NCBI GenBank assembly: GCA_965645245.1
Contig: OZ287068.1
Span: forward strand, 1,612,001-1,676,000
From: Massalongia carnosa
Taxonomy: Eukaryota
Length of the DNA stretch: 64,000 nucleotides
Reading direction: 5' to 3'
How positions within the stretch are numbered: position 1 is the first letter of the stretch; the number at the start of each line of letters is the position of its first letter. Positions 39,825 to 52,044 of this stretch are shown in pieces. A model generated the notes under the pieces. The model had not been told where the DNA came from. It searched no databases and worked only from the letters and a program-made list of their open reading frames with translations. Both the position numbers and the translations under genes were made by a program.

Positions 39825-41148
39825 CACGCGGGTGACAAAATAAATTGCAACGTGTAAGCGAATTTACCCCTGAATGCCCCATTAAAACACCCTCCTTTTT
39901 TTCAACTTTTTATCTCATCATCAATGTCTCGACCCAAAAAGCCTCATTATGATACTCCCACAAAGGCCAAAGTTCAAGGAGCTTATCAATTTCTCATCTC
40001 ACATGCAATTCCATTCGATCCACGGGCCATTTTTCAGGAATTTGGCGTGGCCGAGCGCGCGGGCTATAACATCATCAAAAGCGGAGCTTCTTCTCGCACA
40101 CGTCACAATTCTTCTCTCGTTGAGACTCGGGGTCGAAAGCGAAAGATTAGTGATGATCAGCTGAAGGAGGCAGATCACATTCTGCAGGATCAAGATCTAC
40201 AATTGGAAGGAAAACGCTACACATGGGATGCTTTAGCACAGGAGATTGGGGCCGACGTGATGGGACGTACAATGAAGAGAACTCTTACAGCTGCCTTGAA
40301 TTATCACAAATGTCTAGCCTGTGTCAAAGGGTGGCTGGCAATGGCATCAGAAGAAAGAAGAGAAGAATTTGCTAGAGTTATGTTAAATAAATATCCTCGG
40401 TCCGAAGACTGGCATCGCGTACGATTCAGCGATGAGATTCATTTTGGCTACGGGCCTGAAGGACAGTTACGAATCATTCGTAAGCCCGGAACAAGATATC
40501 GTTGGGATTGTATTCAGCATCGTGATGCACCACCTGAGAAAGATCGTAAAAGAAAGCACTGCTGGGCAGCAGTTGGTTACAATTTCAAGTCGGATATCTA
40601 CTTCTACGATGTGCCCAGCAATAGCAATGGAAAAATGACTCATCAGGTGTATATTGACGCTATTCTTGATCCCGTCGTCAAGCCCTGGTTGGAGCGTGGA
40701 GATGACTTCGTAATTGAAGAAGATGGAGACTCTGGTCATGGCACGGGCAAGAGACGAAACGCGGTCAAAAAGTGGAAGTTAGATCACGATTTAGAGCACT
40801 ATTTCAATTGTTCTTCATCTCCTGATCTAGCTCCCATTGAAAATTGCTGGCAGCCCGCAAAGCAGCATGTTCGTAAATTTCCTCATTGGGACGATGCAAG
40901 TTTGGAGCAGCTGATTAGGGAGGGATGGGCTCGAGTCAGTCAGGAATTTATCAATGAAAGGGTGTTATCCATGCCCAAAAGATTGAAAGAGGTGAAAGAT
41001 GCAAAGGGGGCGATGACTAGTTATTGATCTCATGTAATTTAGATGAATTTTATCAGCTATGCAGATGATGGTTGATGATGAGATGAAAATTTGAATAAAA
41101 AAGGGGTAAATTCGCTTACACGTTGCAATTTATTTTGTCACCCGCGTG
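39825..41148 (+). mobile_element. Tc1-like DD38E transposon with intact 367-aa transposase (39924-41027)
   Basis: Perfect ~46-bp TIRs CACGCGGGTGACAAAATAAATTGCAACGTGTAAGCGAATTTACCCC; FSDE...EEDGD...SPDLAPIE. Confidence 0.95.
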
Positions 41149-41399
41149 ACACCATACATAATTTTTTCGGCACGCCCAACGAGAAAGGCGATTAGTTAGC
41201 TACGACGACGAGTACGTGGGAGAGTATGAGGAAGAATCACATTTTGTTCGCCGCTCACAATCTGGAACTGCTTTACTGCGATCTAGGCAAGCAAAAGAAG
41301 CTGAAGAAATTTACCTGCGGGCACTGGAAGAATATTAAAAGCTTGGTTCTTGAGCATAAGCCGCTTTTGGTCACCAGCACTAACACCTCTTCCTTCTTC

Positions 41400-42200
41400 T
41401 CCGTCTCTTAAAGAGCTAGCTGGACTCTGTTCCACCCTTGGACATCGGAAACGATTCACCAGCTCCCGAGCATGCTCCAAATCATCCTCAGGCACCCTCA
41501 TCGAAAATCCACATCACTTCGTATTTCCCGTATTTTTGTTGACGTCTCCCTTGCGTTTCCTGGCTCTCTTGCGCAAGATGTCCACAACCTTCCATTCCTT
41601 CACCTCTTCTGACACTATTGTGTTCGCTTGAGGTGTTGACTGCGTAAGAGAAGGCAGTCCGATTTCAATGTAGTTGCGATGAGTAATACTCTCTAAGCTA
41701 TTTCGGCCGCCGATGCTGATCTCACATCGATTTTTGTCGATATAAGGCTCCGAGATGTCAGTTGTAATGTAGATTTCAGTAGACCCACCCGAAGATTCGT
41801 CCACATAGTTCTTGCTAGCGCTGTTGAAAATTGCAAGAAACATTTGCATTTGCATTTTCATGTTTTCGAAAACTACCACCTAGATTAGCCTCTTCCCGTC
41901 TATAGCCGCAATGAGAGGATAATGGCCGACTTCCCTTCACCCATATTGAGCTGCATGATCGAATTTCATGCCAGACGAGGGTTTCATCATCTTTAGAGCA
42001 ATTCGAGCTTGTACTGAGCGAATCAACATATTGTTTTCAATTTCGAGAAGCAACCAATTCGGATACTGCATCGAATCCCATCAGTCACGGCCCAGGTCTT
42101 TAAGCTCACGCAGCAATTTTATAGCGTTTCAGTTACATTCAACGATGCACTCGGCACGTTTTAGAACGAACATTGCCATTTTGTATTCAACAAAAAGACG
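41400..42200 (-). pseudogene. Degenerate DUF3638-like P-loop protein fragment followed by a chromodomain-like remnant
   Basis: YPNWLLLEIENNMLIR...NSIMQLNMGEGKS...DGKRLI*VVV across frameshifts; EWKVVDILRKR...YEVMW...VPEDDLEHARELVNRF. Confidence 0.55.
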
Positions 42201-42926
42201 TCTTCAATCGCTGTATAAGGCAGATATTCTGTCCCGGGCTAGGTAGTGAAGGATTGAAGTTAGTGACAGGCGGGCCAAAATTCTGCTTCATATACCAAAT
42301 TGACATATGTTGGACATTCTGCTCGGAGGTGGTGATAGATCGTGCGGTATACCTCGTCCGCTTAGTTGTTACATTGCCTTAAGTGCTTTCCTAGCAGCAG
42401 CAATAGAGCTACGGCGATCCCTTGAGTTTTAAAAATGTATCTCCATGAAGCGAGTCGAAACTATCCCGCATATCATTGATGTAATGCTGCTCGTACCCGT
42501 CAAAGGGTTTGAATAAAATATGCGTCAAGAAAGACCTGAGCTTATCATAATGCCTCTGGCCTTCACGCTACTCAATAATCTAGGAGTGAAGATTATTTAA
42601 ATTTAGATAAAGGAATCCTAAGCCGACTTGCCTGTGATATCATCATGAGGATATCAGCATGCAAATATGTGGCTGAATACCCGATGAATGGCTCGTGAGC
42701 GGTGCAGACGACAAAGTCAAGAATCCACCAACTCCTTGAAGCAACTGAATCATGATTGGTGATAAATACTCCAGCGGATGTTTTATTCAGAATATCAAGA
42801 GGTCTTATTGATGGTTCATTTTTAATATGAATAGAAAAAATGAACATTGCTAAAGTTGGCGGACTCTATCCAAATGCATAAGGATAAGATAAGAGCCTTC
42901 TCTAACGAACATAAACTCCAGTCTCG

Positions 42927-44716
42927 TCAGGCTGACTTTGCCAATTCTGAATGCTCTTCGGCTTGAATCCGCATTTCGTACGCCAGCTCAAAGCACTCTG
43001 CCAGCAAGGCATTTACAATTCCTTGACCTTCAGGAATTTCGGACCCAAACAAGAACTTGCCGTCAACTCTCATGTTGTCAATGGAATTAAGCTGATTTCG
43101 TCAGTTGTGAGCTTTAGTGCAGTGAGAGTCTTCATTTTGCGTAATGGTTTAACTCGCCTTCATGCTATAGGGGTAAAGCTCCCTCGATGATGAAACACCG
43201 CCCGAACGTTTAACCTCGAGAAGACACCGCCGAAGTGTTTGGAGTTGATTAAACACTGGTAGAAGAGCTTCTGAAACAGGCTCCGAAGATATTAACAGGC
43301 CATAAATGTAGGCGTAACTGCGTCGGAGGAGATACAGCAACGTCTAACCCCATTAATTAGTTTAAAAATGCCCAGTCCTGAAGGCAATACTGTCTGTCTG
43401 TCATACTCTCTGCGCATGAATATCAGCCTTATTTCCACGGGCATCTTCAAAATTGCCGAGAACTCGAGAATCATCGATTGTGTCAAGCTGACATTGATAG
43501 TTATACAAATCGGTCTTACGTAAAGACCAAGCCTGGGTTAGGGAAAGTCTTTCAAGTTTATTCCGAATATCGTATAGTTTATCATATGTGCTTTGAAATC
43601 TTTCGTCTATCATACCTTGCCTAGAAGCAGCGATGAGCCGAGACAGCTTCTACTTTTGGCGCCCAAAAGCCGAACCTTGTCAAAACGATTTCAACCCACT
43701 TCAGACAGCGATGAAGAAGCTCCCCAACAATATCCTGGCCTGCCGGGATTGGTGTGTCGCTAGCCAAAAACATGCCATTGACAGCGGTGCCTTGGATTTC
43801 CTTGAGTTGATCCTTGAGCCCTTGAACTTCTGATGTCGGAAACTGCACCTCAAGTTCAGTAAGCTTTCGTCTTCGTACTGAGAGCTATACTTAACCTTTT
43901 GTCGTGTATTTGCGGCAGAAATAGACCGTAGGATCGACACGAGTCTCTCATGGATGGGGGTGAGTTCGGGGGATAGGTCTGCAAGCGAGCTTTGCAACCC
44001 ATCGAGGATGAGGCGGCAAGTCTTCAATCGATTCTCCAGCAGCGTCAACAAATAGTGAGAAGATCTTTCTTTTCCGCGATCCAAGGTTTGTTGCATGGAA
44101 TCTAGAGTATTACGACCTGACTCGAGATCTTTCCCAGAATAGAATGAGGCTTCTTTCAGATGGTCTAAAAGACGCTGAGCAGACTTAGCACTTAACCGCC
44201 ATCTATAGCCTTGCGAAGATTCCTACTCTAAGTGTCGACGTTATTGAGTAACTAAATGAAAAGTACGTTGTCAATTTGAAACGTTCAGGCTTCTCTCAAG
44301 TTTGGTTATACTAACACTGCAGGAGCTTCCTTATTGCGTCCAATAGTCAAGTAAAAGAGAGAAATGAGCTGAAAACAGTCTTCTAATACTTTGTCCGCTA
44401 GAATAGCCTTCTTCAGCAATAGCTCAATATTGGGAGGGACATGCATGCTAGCATCATCAGACTGGCATCGATTCCAAAAGCTATACGAACATTTTTTCTG
44501 TTCCAATGGCTTGCCGTGCTCCTTGCGTAAAGTTTTAAGGAGATTGACTTGTGCAATGACTTGGTCATATAAACAAAGCACATCTTCGGATTTAACATAA
44601 GTCGACTTATTATCCTGCGTTAATTGTAACAAACTATCTTTAACCTGGAGAAGTCGGTCGAATATGAGTTGTTCTGTTGTATCGAAGGGGGCCTGGAGAG
44701 CAAGGATTTCGCTCAT
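42927..44716 (-). CDS. DUF2408/UPF0662 family protein (Cub1/YPL260W-like), about 8 exons
   Basis: STYVKSEDV, DCFQLISLFYLTIGRNKEAPA, LTQAWSLRKTDLY, SSEPVSEALLPVFNQLQTLRRCL, RELYPYSMK|LNSIDNMRVDGKF; typical fungal introns. Confidence 0.85.
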
Positions 44717-44979
44717 GATAAGCCAAGCCTCTTTAGCTGCAATGAACCGTCGCAGTGATAGGTATAGTGTGAAAGGGTGAAGCCACCACCCAACACATAA
44801 TTATCCCCGCGGAGGTTCGGCCCTAGGTTCCGTTAGCACATTAGGTACGTACTAAGAACTTTAAGCGAAACTCTTGAATCACACATTCATTCTCAAAAAT
44901 CAAAATCGACCCTATCAGTCGTCGCAATTCCAAATCCGCACATTTTATTTAAAGATACTGTCCTAGTACGATTGCAAAT

Positions 44980-45506
44980 ATGTCTAGATCTGAGCTTGCT
45001 GTGTCATATGCCGCTCTTGTGCTCGCCGACGAAGACATTGACCCTACCGTAAGTGGTGATGTTATGGGATCATGGAACTTACTGACTTAGTCGCAACATT
45101 CAAGCCAGACAAGCTCCAAACCATTATCAAAGCTGCGAATGTTGATGATGTCGAGCCAATATGGGCAACGTTATTTGCAAAGGTACGCAGATACGTTGTT
45201 ATACGTCAATTGAGTTGAAAAACTATTATACCCCAAACACCAACCAATATGCTAGGCACTCGAAGGCAAAAATGTCAAGGACCTGCTATTGAATGTTGGT
45301 TCCGGAGGAGGTGCAGCCGCAGTCCCTGGCGGAGGAGCGGCTGGAGGAACTGCGGCCGATGCACCAGCCGAAGAGGAGAAAAAGGAGGAGAAAGAAGAAG
45401 GTATGTAAAGCCATGCTCAAAAGCTAGGTAGTTCAAACTAATAACCTATCTTCCCATAGAGAAAGAAGAGTCGGATGAAGATATGGGCTTTGGACTTTTC
45501 GATTAG
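44980..45506 (+). CDS. RPP1: 60S acidic ribosomal protein P1 (4 exons)
   Basis: [17 protein letters not shown]...[22 protein letters not shown]...[13 protein letters not shown]. Confidence 0.95.
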
Positions 45507-46678
45507 AAGTCAAATCATTATTTTTTCCTTGTGGGATCCATACCTCTACCTAAATCTAAGCAATTGGAAGGGTAGATCAAGTTTGTTTGTCATCTCCATG
45601 ATCGTCCTCCTCTTCAGCTCTACTTCTAAGAAAATCGCAAAACCAGCTCTCTGATTAGGTGTGTTGCTCAGAGCTGCCTACATACTTTAAGGTAGGCAAA
45701 CGCCGACGCGAGAGTGAACATTGTTCTTGAATTTGAATGAGTGCAACATCGTGAGCCTACATCTAGATACCCTTGGTAACGTCAATCTCATTCAACTATT
45801 GTCTTCAATCGCATGAATAATGAGTAAATATTATAGCGAGTCTCCAAATGGGACCTGTTCCCCTCTTTGATAGCGAAGAATAATTCTTTTAATTTAAGGA
45901 CAATTCACAGGCTAATTTTACATATTCAAGAACCAACTTCAGATCGCAAGTTTCGGCATCCCTATCTATGCATTCATTCATTGGTAGATCCAACATTAAT
46001 CAATAATCAAACATATTAAGGGAGGCGCGATGCACAAGTAAAAAAGGGGAAAGGGTACTGAGTAACCCGCTCCCATGGATTCTACCAACTTTGACCTTTG
46101 GACATCTCGTTATCTGATAAGGTTTCCTGCATTCACATTAGTTCCAAATTCTGGATTGTATCAACAAGGAATACTTTCAAAATGCTTGTAACTAGTTCTT
46201 CAAAACTTTAGGAATCCGTAGACAAAAAGACTTTTATGAAATTCGCATTAAGGATAAATTTTCCGGTTATCGTTTATTTTCTTTTTCCGCTTTTTCTGCA
46301 TAATTAGTACTAATATCACCGTTGTCCCGTTTGGAAGGAATTTTTATGTAAATGTGGCAATAAATCTATTTTCGTCCTTGTCACACCTTATCCCTTGACA
46401 CATGTTACCTTACCTATTGTGCCCTACCCTCTCCTCTTCTCTTCTTCGAGTTCGAGTCAACACTGATAACAGAAACTTTGTGTTGTCCTTTCAGTCGTTA
46501 CCTGTTAATCTCATCTTTCTCACTCGCTCAATTCTTTACATTTTTCACCTCGGACCTCCTTTACGATCTTCCCTCCGTGCCGTGCATTGTCTACAGTGCA
46601 GAGTATTAGAAAACAACCGTCTATAGCATTGGAAAATAACCGAAGTCTTTTATTTCTTTCTCGGGCGCTCCAGTTACA

Positions 46679-47596
46679 ATGAAAAAGTTTTCATGTCTGA
46701 GCAACATATCGCTCTTGCTTCTCATAGTTCTCCCCGGGGGGTATGGAACGAATGTAGACAGGGCGCTTCAATACCGGCAGAATGTTCCCAAAGGCACAGG
46801 GTCCTCCGCAAGTTCTGCTGCCCAATCTTCGACTGCTTCGGCCGCTTTGACAGTCTCGAGCGCCCCTACGGTCTCAGACACATCATCACCATCACCATCA
46901 TCAACAAACATTGACACCCAAACACCCTTAACATCGTCCTCGGCTGCTTCGGACTCAACGGAGGAAAACCCTACAAGTACCTTACTTCCGGTGTCAACAC
47001 CCCCGTCACAGTCATCATCTTCTCCCGAACAGCCTACCACCACTAGCTTTGGCTCCAATACGCCTTCGCAACCATCGGTACCACCCACAAGCTCCTCGGT
47101 ATCCGTAGGCAAATCATCGGCCAACCGGGAACCTTCTGCTCTTACCACACCCAGAGCCACCATCAGCAAGACGCAGAAAGTTATTACGACGGAGGTTTTC
47201 ATCAGCGGAAGCGTTACACAAACCAGTGTCTTTACTACGAGCGAATTACAAGCAGTCTCCAACCCGGCTTCATCCGCCACCAGCCCTCCAACCCTCGATG
47301 CATCAAGTAGCGGCTCCAATAGCTCCGTTCTCAAACAGTCCCAGAAAAGAGTAATAGTTGGGGTTATCGTGGGCATCGGAGGCGCCATCCTACTGGGCGG
47401 TATCGCGGTGGTGGTGTGGAGAATCTGGGGCAAACGGAAACATACCGCGGAAGAAGATCATGAGCTGATGGATTCCCAGCCGGGATCGTCAGGCCTGGAG
47501 AAAAGGAGCAGTGTGAGCGGCAACAGTCCTTTCCGATCCACACTGGACCAATACCACAACCCGGCTGGACCGGTCAACACCGCTTCAAATTTCTAG
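46679..47596 (+). CDS. Ser/Thr-rich single-pass membrane protein (Mid2-like topology)
   Basis: Signal-like N-terminus, S/T/P-rich ectodomain, TM VIVGVIVGIGGAILLGGIAVVVW then RIWGKRK, tail ending PVNTASNF. Confidence 0.85.
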   Translation: MKKFSCLSNISLLLLIVLPGGYGTNVDRALQYRQNVPKGTGSSASSAAQSSTASAALTVSSAPTVSDTSSPSPSSTNIDTQTPLTSSSAASDSTEENPTSTLLPVSTPPSQSSSSPEQPTTTSFGSNTPSQPSVPPTSSSVSVGKSSANREPSALTTPRATISKTQKVITTEVFISGSVTQTSVFTTSELQAVSNPASSATSPPTLDASSSGSNSSVLKQSQKRVIVGVIVGIGGAILLGGIAVVVWRIWGKRKHTAEEDHELMDSQPGSSGLEKRSSVSGNSPFRSTLDQYHNPAGPVNTASNF

Positions 47597-47906
47597 TCGG
47601 CGACCGTTTCATGCAGGAGTTTGAGGAGACACTAAGCCCTTTCGTGTAGCAAGCTGCAGGGGTTTTCGGGGATAGAATGGTGTAAATAGTCATGAGTTCA
47701 ATTAATTGCATTGGGGCAAACGTGATCTACGCCTCCTTCTTCTTCTTCTTAAGCATGCATGCATGACCCCAAATTGTACACCGCCGGTGTTTTGCCGATT
47801 ACAAATATTGTAGTCATACGTGCTCGAGATGAAATTCTCCACGAAGAACTGTTATGCATTACTTTCGCCACTCTCGTAGAAAAGGAAGAGCGGTTGCACA
47901 CGCTAG

Positions 47907-49884
47907 CACGCGGGTGACAAAAAAAATTTTTACTCACAAATTTTGACCCCACCACGCCCCTGAAAAAAAAACTGGCAACGTGTAGGCGACTTTACCCCAT
48001 TAAAATTCCCCCCTTTTCATCAACCATCCACACCAACATGCCTCGTAAGCAACGTGCAACTCACTACGATACTCCCATTCGAGCTAAACTTCAAGGAATT
48101 CATGAATATCTTCTTGATGAAGGCATCGTACATGATCCACGAAATCTTTTCAAGAAGTATGGCGTTTCGGAACGAGCTGGCTACAGAATTATTCGCAAAG
48201 GAGCTTCGACACGTACTCGTCATCATACAGAGCTTATAGAAACGCGAGGAAGACGATCAAAAATCACAGGTGAGCAAGTACGAGAGGCTGATCGGCTGCT
48301 TCAGGAAGATGAGCTACAACTCGAAGGAAAACGCTTGACATGGGAACAAGTTGCGATGGAAGTTGGAGCAGATGTTGTGGGTCATACAATGCATAACGTG
48401 CTACGTGCTGCATTGAATTACGAGAAATGTCTAGCCTGCGTCAAAGGATGGCTGGCCGACCCTCCTATGCAAAAACGGGTGGAATATGCTCATATAATGC
48501 TGGCCAAATATCCTAAACTAGAAGATTGGTATCGAGTACGATTTAGTGACGAAGTTCATTTCTCCTACGGGCCCGAGGGCAAATTACGCATCATACGTCA
48601 GCCAGGCACACGCTATAGATGGGATTGTATACAACATCGTGATGCGCCAGCGGAGAAAGCTCGAAAGAGACTGCATTGTTGGGCGGCTGTAGGCTACAAC
48701 TTCAAGTCGGATATTATATTCTACGAAGTGCCGGGCAACAGCAATGGCAAGATGACGCATCAAGTATACATTAACTCAATACTTGAGCCCGTTGTCAAGC
48801 CGTGGCTAGAGCGAGGGGATGATTTTGTGCTCGAAGAAGATGGTGATTCCGGGCATGGCACAGGCAGGACGAGAAACGCAGTCAAGAAATGGAAGGAGGA
48901 TCATCGTTTAGAGCATTATTTCAACTGCTCTTCTTCACCTGATTTGGCTCCTATTGAAAACAGCTGGCAGCCCACAAAGCAGCATATTAAAAAGTATCCT
49001 CATTGGGACGAAGCGAGCTTGAAAGCATTGATTTGTGAGGGCTAGGCGACAGTCAGTCAGGAGTTTATTAATGAGAGAGTACGATCAATGCCTCAACGGC
49101 TAAATGACGTCATCTCAGCTGAGAGGGCCATGACTGGTCATTAATTTGATGTAAATAGCTTTCAATTGACTGGTTATCGCAATGTAAAGGTGAAATGTTG
49201 ATAAAAAGGGGTAAAATTTAGTGGGGTAAGCTCGCTTACACGTTGCCAGTTTTTTTTTCAAGGGCGTGCCCACCAAACCATCAAATTTTGACCCCTTTTC
49301 AACCACCACATTTTATACACCATCATTTAGCCATGAATAGAGCTACCACACCTGTTTTGGAGTCGCATGAGGCTCAGACCCATCATTCTACCCCCACACG
49401 GGCCAAAATTCAGGGTGCAGTGGAGTTTTGCGATGCGATGAAGATTCCTTATTTCAAAGAAGATGTTTTTCGTGTTTTCGGCACTTCAAAACAAACTGGC
49501 TGGAAAATATTGACACGAGAAAATTCCAGTCGTACTAGACACAATGCCGACATTCCTGAAACACGTGGACGTCATTCAATTGTGACCCCGTTCAATTGTG
49601 ACCCCGAGACACATACGAGAGATGGAGCGTATTTTGGAGACAGAAGGCATGGAGGCTCGCGGGTTAACGTGGGTTCAATTGGGCTACGAGGTGGGACTGG
49701 AGTGCAGTGGTCGTACAATTCAGAGAGTTATGGGTACAATGAATTATCATAAATGCATTGCATGTAGAAAGGGCTGGGTCAGCGAATCGACGGCTAAACG
49801 TCGTTTGAATGGGCTATCGTCATGAAAGAAAGATATCCTGATGATGAAGACCGGTTTTCTGTACGATTCAGCGATGAGGTGCAT
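47907..49884 (+). mobile_element. Outer Tc1-like element, 3'-truncated at the piggyBac junction
   Basis: Terminus CACGCGGGTGACAAAA; transposase fragments 49333-49884 (TPTRAK, ETRGR, YHKCIAC, VRFSDEVH). Confidence 0.85.
47953..49268 (+). mobile_element. Inner Tc1-like DD38E transposon; ORF from 48038 with a premature TAG at 49043-45
   Basis: TIRs CACGCCC(C/T)TGAAAAAAAAACTGGCAACGTGTA; flanked by CCCAC at 47948-52 and 49269-73; paralogous to 39924-41027. Confidence 0.92.
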
Positions 49885-49886
49885 TA

Positions 49887-52029
49887 TCCCTTCGTCTGGC
49901 AATTTGGCAGCCATTTAGGTAATATTCAATTTTACACGCGCCGTCTCCGGGTAATGACTAATAACTTTAATCTGGCCAATCAGATTTTCCCTTTTCAACG
50001 ATAATGGGTACAACACCTCAATCACCCCTCATGATCTATGTAAAATTTCCCAACATGCCTCCTTTTTGCAACATGGTCCACAGCTCTTACATTGCCATCT
50101 GGTCTGACTTGCACGTCGTCTTTGGGTGCAATTTTCATCAATTTCCGCAAGTGGTCGGCGTCGTTTGAGTCTTGGCACTTGCCTTTTGCAGGCCAAATAA
50201 TAGTCCTTCTTATTCAAATGCTCCCATTTGCAAGTTGACTCGACGTCTTTATTAAAGTCTTGATTAGTAGTAACTATGACATCTGTCGGACGTTTCCGTA
50301 GGGCACCGGCTTGATTAGATAGTAGGGCATTTACTATTTCTTTTTGAAAGTCCAAATGGCTGAGTGTTGAATTCGGATACAGAATTCTCCACAATTTGAA
50401 GGCATTTAGAACGGCTGCATCCAGAAGAAAGATGAAAATTGACCACCAGTAGCGACGATCAGATCTTTGAGGTGAATAATATGCTCTTTGCTGAGCATTC
50501 CCATCTGACCCGCCCATGTGCTGGTTATATTCCACGATGGGCATGGGAAATGGAAGCTTTTCTTCTTCATCATCAACGATGACTCTGGAATTTGCAGGAA
50601 TTCCATGACGTCGACGGGAATTCTTGTAGAAAGAAGTCTTCAAATCCTCAATTGTATGAACCGTGGTCATGAATTGCACGGTGTTTAAATCCACCCATGC
50701 CATACACAGAATGTCCCCGTCATCAATGTTTGATTTTTTACTTTTATTTGTAGGTGCCGTCATCAATGCCTTCTTTCCCCAGTCCTTATTCTTGGTGGCT
50801 GCAACCCTCAGACGTAGAAGATCAACAGGAAAACCGCATCCTGATTTAGCCGTCCCACAGGCACCAATTCCAATGGTTTTCAGAGCTTTGAATAGCTTCG
50901 TATTTGTGAAGAAGTTGTCCAGAAAGATGACGTATTTCAAGCCTTCATCAGACGGTAAACTTCGAGCCAGTTGAATGACGACTAGGGAGGAAGGAGACAA
51001 ATCCCATTTGGTTGTCGGAAATTTCAATTGTCCAGGCGTTTTTAACTCACTAATTTTGGACACCTGTCTTGCACTTAGTACGATGCAAATTGAGGCCTTT
51101 TCTACTCACCTTGGAGGTAAATAAGAAGTCAAAAAGATAATTTTCCTGACATAAACTATAGATTTTGAAGCCTACACCAGCCGCCTTGGTGGCTATTTGC
51201 ATAGTATGGCAGCTCCTACCCCTGAATAAAATCAATTGCTCGTCAACTGATACATGACTTCCAGGAATCCAGTATTTCTTTGATGCTTTTCGAAAGTCTG
51301 TGGCCAATGGTTCCAGCTTTTTCCACCAATCAGGGCCTCGAGTATCAATGATCTCATCTTCGTCGGGGTTGGATATCTTCAAAAATCGCTTGAGTTGCTC
51401 CCATCTTCGAAGACTCATGGCTTGAATCACCATGTCATGTATGGCAAATTTAGGAGACGTGTTCCAATAGTCAGTAAGACGTGGCATCAGTATATATCCC
51501 ATATATAACAGAATTCCCAGAAAAGCTCCTACTTCAGAAGAAGAGGTGTCATGCCATTGACGTCTCTTGATGTCGTTTAGGGCATACTTCTTTTTCGCTT
51601 TAAGATTGGTATTTTTAGCTATGATTTCAAGCATTTCAAAGCTAAAGAAGAGGCAGAATAAACTGAAAGGAGTCTGATTTATCAAGCGCAACGTCTCGTC
51701 CGGCTGTGGTTTTCGAAATGGGATCGAAATTGGACAATAATTTGATGACGGAGGGGGCATGGAGTCAATTATGCTTTGTACGCTGGGTTTATTCTTTTTG
51801 GCCTGTTCTTTCAGAATTGAGGGGGGCAAAGCGTCTGATTGGTCAGGAACTTCTATCTCAATGCCTCTCATGATTATTCTAAAGAAATTGTAGATGTTTT
51901 AATGATTTTCAACTGATGTTTACCTTCTTATTTACAAAAAAAGGGGAGAATGTTTTGAAGTTCGCGACTCAGCCCTACGGTATCTCACTAAGCCTATTTA
52001 AGGTGGCTGCCAAATTGCCAGACGAAGGA
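49887..52029 (-). mobile_element. piggyBac-like transposon with spliced, apparently open ~598-aa transposase (51871-51110 and 51063-50029)
   Basis: TIRs TCC(C)TTCGTCTGGCAATTTGGCAGCCA; SVDEQL, FLDNFFT, YNQHMGGSD motifs; 46-nt GT-AG intron 51064-51109; Cys-rich C-terminus. Confidence 0.92.
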
Positions 52030-52044
52030 TAGGCGTGACCCTGC

